32,000 nt of DNA, from positions 1,035,622-1,067,621 of the forward strand of contig CP113000.1 in assembly GCA_026625185.1 (NCBI GenBank). Direction: 5' to 3'. Position numbers and translations under genes: made by a program. The notes beneath the pieces are model-generated. The model was not told the origin of the DNA. It saw only the letters and a list, made by a program, of their open reading frames with translations, and made no database searches. Each line of letters starts with the position of its first letter. Within the stretch, counting starts at the first letter, position 1. The stretch comes from Thermodesulfobacteriota bacterium. Lineage in GTDB: Bacteria > Desulfobacterota > WTBG01 > JAGOGO01. Shown one piece after another: positions 9,386-14,826 of this stretch.

Positions 9386-10000
9386 TTACTCTCTATGTCC
9401 TGAATCCCCTCCTTCATGTTTTTCATGAGACTGTTGGTGTTGTGATTCCCCATGGTGTTGCTGGCCCTGACCATGGTACTGTTGGTGGTACCGTTGTCTT
9501 TCATTTCTTATTTCCTGTCTTTGTTGTTCCGGTAGAGGTTGATAGCTCTGTACGCCCCAGGTTCTTTGCTTTTCCCAATGTCGATTATTATGCCAGCTGT
9601 TCCAGTTTTGCTGAAAATTTTGGTAAGGAATCCGTTCATAGTCCCACCGGTGTCCGTACCAATTATGGTTTCGGTAGTGTCCTCTCCAACCCGGGTCTAT
9701 ATCAAAATAAAAGCTTGGGATCTGGTCATAATAAGCCCATCCCCGGTCATAATATTGTGAGCGATACCAACGACCTTCCCAGGGGCGCCACCACCAACCG
9801 TTCCAGAAAAACATGTCTAGATTTATATCAGGAACAAAGTACACATCGTCCGTATCAGGCATCGCTACTACATCTGGAGGTCCATTAAATTCGATGGGTG
9901 GCAGAGAAATTCCAATACCGATATTGACCTCTGCCATTGTTGGAAAAGGAGCAATAATTACCAACGTCAAAACAATTGTCCCCAGAAGCAACTTTTTCAT
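9386..10000 (-). CDS. secreted Trp/Tyr/Arg-rich protein with a His/Gln-rich C-terminal tail
   Basis: ATG 10000 is preceded by AAAGGAG. Signal peptide MKKLLLGTIVLTLVIIAPFPTMAE. Aromatic-rich core FFWNGWWWRPWEGRWYRSQYYDRGWAYY. Tail HQQYHGQGQQHHGESQHQQSHEKHEGGDSGHRE. The 241-aa ORF-track version starts at an upstream TTG inside the conserved repeat and is probably too long. Confidence 0.6.
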   Translation of the reverse strand: MKKLLLGTIVLTLVIIAPFPTMAEVNIGIGISLPPIEFNGPPDVVAMPDTDDVYFVPDINLDMFFWNGWWWRPWEGRWYRSQYYDRGWAYYDQIPSFYFDIDPGWRGHYRNHNWYGHRWDYERIPYQNFQQNWNSWHNNRHWEKQRTWGVQSYQPLPEQQRQEIRNERQRYHQQYHGQGQQHHGESQHQQSHEKHEGGDSGHRE

Positions 10001-10013
10001 TAGCGGTTCTCCT

Positions 10014-10320
10014 TTGTTGATAAAATGGTTCATTACCAGACCTTTTCTACTGAAGGTATCGTAAGATTCGGCAAAATCTATCTGGGCCTGCCTGCCCACC
10101 TCCTTTCCCAATACCTCAACTTCTCCGAGAAGGGTCCAAATCCCTCCAATATCTTTCCTCCCTGAATAAATCGAAACCTAATACGATAATGCCCATAACC
10201 AGCAGGATATGAATGAATCCGCCCAACGTGTGCCCGCTCACTAATCCCGGCAGCCAAAAAAATACGATAATCACAAATACGGTCCAAAGCATGCTCGACT
10301 TCTTTCTGAGAACAGAATTC
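10014..10320. repeat. diverged 307-bp direct repeat, copy 1 (paralogue of 14347-14653)
   Basis: Alignable by eye over its whole length with 14347-14653. It is near-identical over TTTGTTG.TAAAATGGTTCATTAC...CTGAAGGTATCGTAAGATTCGGCAAAATCT and more diverged elsewhere. Confidence 0.75.
10116..10292 (-). CDS. lmo0937-family small membrane protein (copy 1, 58 aa)
   Basis: From ATG 10292: MLWTVFVIIVFFWLPGLVSGHTLGGFIHILLVMGIIVLGFDLF... This is the two-helix pattern with G-x-GG-x-IH-x-LL typical of the lmo0937 family. The ORF-track version (10340) starts further upstream. Confidence 0.6.
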   Translation of the reverse strand: MLWTVFVIIVFFWLPGLVSGHTLGGFIHILLVMGIIVLGFDLFREERYWRDLDPSRRS

Positions 10321-10409
10321 GTCCACCCATTTAAGTTCACTTTGGGGGGCCATTAAGACTTTGGTTTGATTACACCTAAAAAATATTAAAAATGGCAAAA
10401 AGGTAAATA

Positions 10410-10448
10410 GGGTGATTCCCGTATTTTCTTAAAAAAATAGTGTATTTT
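10410..10448 (+). promoter_or_regulatory. motif P copy 1: GGGTGATTCC + GTATTTT-N14-GTATTTT
   Basis: GGGTGATTCC 10410-10419; GTATTTT 10421-10427 and 10442-10448 (21-nt period). The same architecture occurs at 16936-16975 and, in degenerate form, at 10717-10755. Confidence 0.35.
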
Positions 10449-10525
10449 GAAAGTGGTTCCTGAGTTTTGATAATTTTTTCTTCTAACCCGTAGCGGGAAA
10501 AAATCAATAACAATGAAATATTCTT

Positions 10526-10650
10526 GCAATAAAAAACCCCAGCATTTCTGCGAGGGTTCAGGAAAAGGGGAATGGAGGATGTTCATCCTCTGTTTAAAGA
10601 CCCTGCTCTTTTCTAAAGGAAATGGCCGGACAAGTTTATGACCAGCCATT
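10526..10650 (-). ncRNA. candidate structured RNA element A (5' hairpin + conserved core + intrinsic terminator), paralogue of 22078-22196
   Basis: Minus-strand reading: hairpin AATGGCTGG/CCGGCCATT (10650-10621), then core TTTAAACAGAGGATGAACATCCTCC...GAACCCTCGCAGAAATGCTGGGG, then a T-run (10536-10529). Confidence 0.35.
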
Positions 10651-10716
10651 TAAGGAGGAGAAGAGAGGATATGAGTATGGTTTCAAAATAAGGCTCTACT
10701 CATAAAAAGAAAATAA

Positions 10717-10755
10717 GGTGAATTATTTATTTTCACGAAAAAAGGATAGTATTTT
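10717..10755 (+). promoter_or_regulatory. motif P copy 3 (degenerate)
   Basis: GGTGAATTA followed by TTATTTT 10727-10733 and GTATTTT 10749-10755 (22-nt period). Confidence 0.25.
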
Positions 10756-10834
10756 GGATGGAATTTTTTGAAGGGATAGTAGGCCAGCTAAAGATTATAT
10801 AGTTTTTGTAAAATAGCTTTTCTCCCCTCACGAA

Positions 10835-11428
10835 CTACCCGTTTTTCATTTTTCCATTTTTAATTCTTTTTCCCGCGTAAAATAACCTCAAATATAGAGA
10901 AAATAAGACTATCACTAATATACTCAACCCTAACCATACCCACCGGAACCAGCCCCGAAAGAAATACATAAGGGTTTGGCCTAAAAAGTATGCCGGAGCT
11001 AGGACAACCGCAGCCCACACCAGACAATTTAAGGCTTCATAACACATAAAACGAGAAAAGGGGAAACTTGTCATTCCAAAACCCAGGGCCCCGATGATTC
11101 GCATACCGTAAAGATACTGAAGGATAAAAATGGCGGTCTTTGGCCTTGTCAGAATTATTTTGTTAATCACTTCCAGCCGGCCTTTGATTTTTTCCTTTCT
11201 AGTCAAGAAACTTCTCATCCCGAAAATTCTACCAATGAAAAACCAGAATAAATGGCCTGACCATCCTCCAAAAGAGGCACTTAACCAGACCCCTAAAGGC
11301 TTCAACAGGCCAGCAGCACTTAAAATGCCTGCAGTTATTAGGACCGTCTCCCCCTCATAAAAAGTGCCCCCGAAGACAGCTAACAAGCCATATTTCCTAA
11401 GTATTGTTTGGAGGGTCGCAAATTCCAA
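10835..11428 (-). CDS. DedA family membrane protein
   Basis: YGLLAVFGGTFYEGETVLITAGILSAAG matches the DedA (SNARE-associated) N-terminal signature, and there are several TM segments. The start is the TTG called by the ORF track. Confidence 0.85.
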   Translation of the reverse strand: MEFATLQTILRKYGLLAVFGGTFYEGETVLITAGILSAAGLLKPLGVWLSASFGGWSGHLFWFFIGRIFGMRSFLTRKEKIKGRLEVINKIILTRPKTAIFILQYLYGMRIIGALGFGMTSFPFSRFMCYEALNCLVWAAVVLAPAYFLGQTLMYFFRGWFRWVWLGLSILVIVLFSLYLRLFYAGKRIKNGKMKNG

Positions 11429-11780
11429 TGGTTTATTTATTATAACAATTAGGTTTCAGGACACTAAAAGCCACTTCCACAGAGATAAAAATTTAGGTAA
11501 TTCTCAAGATTTTGCCAGCAAATTACAGATATACTGAGCGGGCATAATAAACAATGAGTGTTTTCTGTTATTATACCGAAACTGAGATGTTTAATGTGAA
11601 AGGTTTATTGCATTTTTCACAGCGGAATTCTTATGTAGGCATCGTATGTTTTCCTTTTTCAATTGAGCCTTTTAAACTCTTATACTGTAAAAACAAAATA
11701 ACTATCGGGTATCGATCCGAACTTGTACCCGTAGGTGAAAGTTATGGCCTTCCAGCCAGTTCGATAAGTTGTCAGGGCTG

Positions 11781-11898
11781 ACCAGCAGAATTTAGTTTTT
11801 ATGTTTCCGTAAAAACCAAATTCTGCTGGTTGCCTCCTTTAATCGTGAAGAATATAAAGAGTTATCCACAACTCAACCCTAAACGAAAAAGGAGGCAA
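11781..11898 (+). promoter_or_regulatory. structured transposase leader: long hairpin plus anti-Shine-Dalgarno pairing
   Basis: Hairpin ACCAGCAGAATTTAGTTTTT 11781-11800 / AAAAACCAAATTCTGCTGGT 11811-11830 (20-bp stem, one mismatch, 10-nt loop). TTGCCTCCTTT 11830-11840 is the perfect reverse complement of AAAGGAGGCAA 11888-11898, which contains the transposase SD. Confidence 0.5.
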
Positions 11899-11899
11899 A

Positions 11900-12943
11900 A
11901 TGAAATTTTACAACCAGCTACACCAATATTACTGCGGCATCGATCTGCATGCCAGAAAAATGTACGTCTGTATTCTCGATCAAAAAGGCAAAACAATGGT
12001 TCATGAAAACATCAAAACTGACCCTGAACTGTTTTTTCAACTGATTTCTCCCTATCTGGAGAATATCGTTGTGGGTGTTGAATGCGTATTCTGCTGGTAC
12101 TGGGTTTCAGATTTGTGCGCCAAGCATAAAATCCCTTTTGTTCTCGGTCATGCATTATATATGAAAGCCATCCACGGGGGAAAGACGAAAAATGATAAAA
12201 TTGATTCCTACAAAATTGCCTTATTGCTTAAAGGTGGAAATTTCCCGACAGCCTATCCGTATCCGGCTAAGTGGCGTGCTACCAGGGATCTATTAAGACG
12301 GAGGATGTATCTGGTCCACAGGTGCGGCGAATTGGTCGCCCATATCCAGAATACCAATACGCAATACAATCTGCCGGCTTTTAATAAAAAACTCTCTCGC
12401 AAATACAACCATGCCGGCGTGGCCGAACAGTTTGAGAATCCGGAAGTTCGCAAAAGCGTCGAGGTGGATCTTGCCATGATCGCATCCCTCAATCAAATCC
12501 TCAATCAGCTCGAATGGCATATCGAAAAAACCGCTGAACAGCATGATTACCACACTCTGTACTTACTCCGGTCGATCCCCGGTGTCGGCCTGATCCTGGC
12601 GCCGGTCATGCTTTACGAAATTAAAGATATCAAACGCTTTCCCTCAGTCCAGGATTTTTCTTCCTATGCCCGGTTGATTAAACCGGTCAAAACATCAGAC
12701 GGTAAATGGGCCGGTAAATCAAACGGCAAAATCGGAAACCACCATCTGAAATGGGCATGCAATGAGGCGGCGATCCTCATGCTCAGGGAATCCGAAAAAG
12801 CCAAACAATATGTGGCAAAACTCGAACGAAAATACAATAAAAGTAAAGCCCTGGGTATCTTCACCCACAAAATCGGCAGAGCGGTTTATTTTATTCTCAA
12901 AAACAAAGAGGCTTTTAATATGGAAAAATTCTTCAGCCAATGA
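11900..12943 (+). CDS. IS110 family transposase (DEDD/RuvC-like recombinase)
   Basis: N-terminus YYCGIDLHARKMYVCILDQKGK (the first catalytic Asp context of IS110-family enzymes). C-terminal Transposase_20-like region SIPGVGLILAPVMLYEIKDIKRFPSVQDFSSYARL...GNHHLKWACNEAA. SD AAAGGAGG upstream of the ATG. Confidence 0.95.
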   Translation: MKFYNQLHQYYCGIDLHARKMYVCILDQKGKTMVHENIKTDPELFFQLISPYLENIVVGVECVFCWYWVSDLCAKHKIPFVLGHALYMKAIHGGKTKNDKIDSYKIALLLKGGNFPTAYPYPAKWRATRDLLRRRMYLVHRCGELVAHIQNTNTQYNLPAFNKKLSRKYNHAGVAEQFENPEVRKSVEVDLAMIASLNQILNQLEWHIEKTAEQHDYHTLYLLRSIPGVGLILAPVMLYEIKDIKRFPSVQDFSSYARLIKPVKTSDGKWAGKSNGKIGNHHLKWACNEAAILMLRESEKAKQYVAKLERKYNKSKALGIFTHKIGRAVYFILKNKEAFNMEKFFSQ

Positions 12944-12953
12944 TCATGGGAAT

Positions 12954-13090
12954 AAGGATGCCAGCTTGTTGCCTAACTGAGATTCCATAGGCGGACCTGA
13001 TTCTCTTTATTTACTGCTTGCAGCTTGACTGCTAAAAAGAGTGGGCCAAATGCCTCTAAGCTCATGGCGCTTGATTGGCGGCATCCTTTT
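12954..13090 (+). ncRNA. candidate IS-encoded guide RNA domain (bridge/seek RNA-like), directly 3' of the transposase stop
   Basis: A 9-bp closing stem AAGGATGCC 12954-12962 / GGCATCCTT 13080-13088 encloses ~117 nt with several internal hairpins (for example CTCTTT 13002-13007 / AAAGAG 13036-13041, GCCAA 13045-13049 / TTGGC 13075-13079). It ends in a T-run to 13090. No covariance-model test was possible. Confidence 0.3.
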
Positions 13091-13494
13091 TCCCATTTAC
13101 CGATAAATGATGCTTGATCTGACGATCTCCGTGTTCTGCCCCTTGCCCGAGTGACAACCTAACTGGATGGATCTCTGATCCAAGCCGCTTTACTTTGACT
13201 GCGCCGGGATAAGGGTACCGAAATATATTCTGAAGCTGCCCAATGACAGCAAACTGATTGTCAAAGAGCTTCTTTGGTATTTCAGTAAATCTCTATAGAT
13301 GTTTGGTGCAGACGCGCTTTAGCGTTCTGACCCTCGCGACCGAAGACGCAAGTCCGAACCATAGGGTCGTTTGTCAAGGCTTCATTAACTTTTGGACGGA
13401 TAATATCTTTTTTATTTCTCTCTTTCCGATCTACAGGAGGAGTTTTCCCCTGACAACCGAAGGCCATATAGAGGTTGGGCTGACTCATGCGTTG

Positions 13495-14211
13495 CTAATC
13501 GTTTCTGAAGTCATCTAGTTCTTTCTTCTCTGCCTGCCTTTGCAGTATGTCTCGCACAGCCAAGGCCGCCCTGTCTTCTGCGGCCAGTCTGCTAGCAATG
13601 TCAGCAATTGCTGTCTCATAGTCTGCTTGAAACTTAACCGGAACTTTGCAGTGCACATCATGTGTGAATTCCGCCCAGGCGTCTTGAAGTTTCGTTCGAA
13701 TCTGGATTTCGCAGATCATTGTCTCCTCGACGACAGTGCGTCGCTTTCTGTAGGTCTTGACACGATCAAAAGAAACGTCTGCCAGAAGGTGTATCGCTCT
13801 GTATCCAGTGCGCTTCGGATCTCTGATGAAGTCTTCCAAAGACCGCGGTTTGATGCGGAACTGCTTAGTAGCCTGAATGTATTCGAGCATTCCGTAGCAA
13901 TCATCAACAAACCAGCAAATCACTCTGGCGCCAATAAGGTCTGTGATAACTTCGGTCGGATAGTGAAACATGGGCCAGTCCGTCTTCTCGAGTTTCCTGA
14001 GAAAACTCGTCAATGACTTAACCCTAGCGTCCACGTTAACAGCTTCACGAGGGAGCTCGTTTTCTACTGTGTAAGCCGAAGCCAGGCGACCGAGCCTGAT
14101 TTTGAGAACTTGGCTTATCGATTCCAATTCCTCGCCGTACCAATGGAAAAATCTAAGGGTTCTTTCGGTTAGGAAGTCTATCCGTTCCTTTCGGGTTCTG
14201 TACTTGGCCAT
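13495..14211 (-). CDS. RelA/SpoT-domain protein (stand-alone small alarmone synthetase homologue)
   Basis: Synthetase-domain motifs occur in the canonical order: RVKSLTSFLRKL, DLIGARVICWF, GYRAIHLL, CEIQIRTKLQDAWAEFTHD. There is no HD hydrolase, TGS or ACT domain; 238 aa. Confidence 0.85.
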   Translation of the reverse strand: MAKYRTRKERIDFLTERTLRFFHWYGEELESISQVLKIRLGRLASAYTVENELPREAVNVDARVKSLTSFLRKLEKTDWPMFHYPTEVITDLIGARVICWFVDDCYGMLEYIQATKQFRIKPRSLEDFIRDPKRTGYRAIHLLADVSFDRVKTYRKRRTVVEETMICEIQIRTKLQDAWAEFTHDVHCKVPVKFQADYETAIADIASRLAAEDRAALAVRDILQRQAEKKELDDFRND

Positions 14212-14346
14212 GTCTTATTCCCACCAGGTACTTGCGAATGTCTAACAAGGGATGACAGGAAGAAAAAATAGGAAATAAATCAATAGTTAACTTTCTCTTG
14301 TTGTCCCCTGTTATATCCTGTTATGGTAGCAAGACCTCTCTGTAAA

Positions 14347-14653
14347 TTTGTTGGTAAAATGGTTCATTACGAAACCTTTTTTCTGAAGGTATCGTAAGAT
14401 TCGGCAAAATCTTTCTTGACCTGCTGACCACCTCCTTTCCAAATACCCTCACCTTCTCCGGTAAGGGTCTAAAGTGCTACGATCCTTTTCGTCCCTGAAA
14501 AAGTCGGACAGCTAATACGATTATTGCGAGGGCCAGCAGGATATGAACGACTCCCCCCATCGAGTAGCCACTTAACATTCCCAGACCCCACAAAACTAAG
14601 AGAATCACACTTATGGTCCAAAGCATGGTCGACTCCTCTCTGAGGACAGAATC
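14347..14653. repeat. diverged 307-bp direct repeat, copy 2 (paralogue of 10014-10320)
   Basis: See copy 1. Same length, same orientation, and it contains the second lmo0937-family ORF. Confidence 0.75.
14477..14626 (-). CDS. lmo0937-family small membrane protein (copy 2, 49 aa)
   Basis: Absent from the ORF track because it is under 60 aa. ATG 14626 is preceded by the SD GAGGAG. Translation: MLWTISVILLVLWGLGMLSGYSMGGVVHILLALAIIVLAVRLFQGRKGS. Confidence 0.6.
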   Translation of the reverse strand: MLWTISVILLVLWGLGMLSGYSMGGVVHILLALAIIVLAVRLFQGRKGS

Positions 14654-14826
14654 CTTTTCTCACTTTAGATTTATTTTAGAGGCCATTTAAACAACGTTTT
14701 CGGCTACTGCTTCTTGCGAAAACTGTATCCACTATCGAACGAAGATTAGTTTAATTTTTCAAAAATTTTACTTAAGTAGTTTCAGCTATTAGTTTCAATA
14801 GCTCCGGAAGATTATTTTATTTCCAG

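Larger units (their letters stand above)
11744..13467 (+). mobile_element. IS110-family insertion sequence (IS1111-like architecture); ends approximate
   Basis: Contains the DEDD-type transposase ORF 11900..12943. It is bordered by inverted repeats ATGGCCTTC 11744-11752 + GTTGTCAGGG 11768-11777 versus CCCTGACAAC 13448-13457 + GAAGGCCAT 13459-13467. The left non-coding end is short and the right one is ~500 nt. The true ends could instead lie just inside the repeats (~11778 to ~13447). Confidence 0.65.

Noticed and set aside
10386-10649. 87-aa minus-strand ORF, plus the 106-aa ORF 10078..10398
   Set aside because: Both run through regions whose conservation is at the nucleotide or structure level (element A, motif P, the 307-bp repeat). 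They have implausible composition and no SD.
13282-13488. 68-aa minus-strand ORF starting 6 nt after the RelA/SpoT gene stop, considered as a possible antitoxin
   Set aside because: It has no SD, and its sequence looks random and basic. It lies within the right end of the IS110-family element (it overlaps the border inverted repeat at 13448-13467), so it is not part of the original SAS operon. A longer frameshifted reading continuing to ~13050 has no start codon and no recognisable family.
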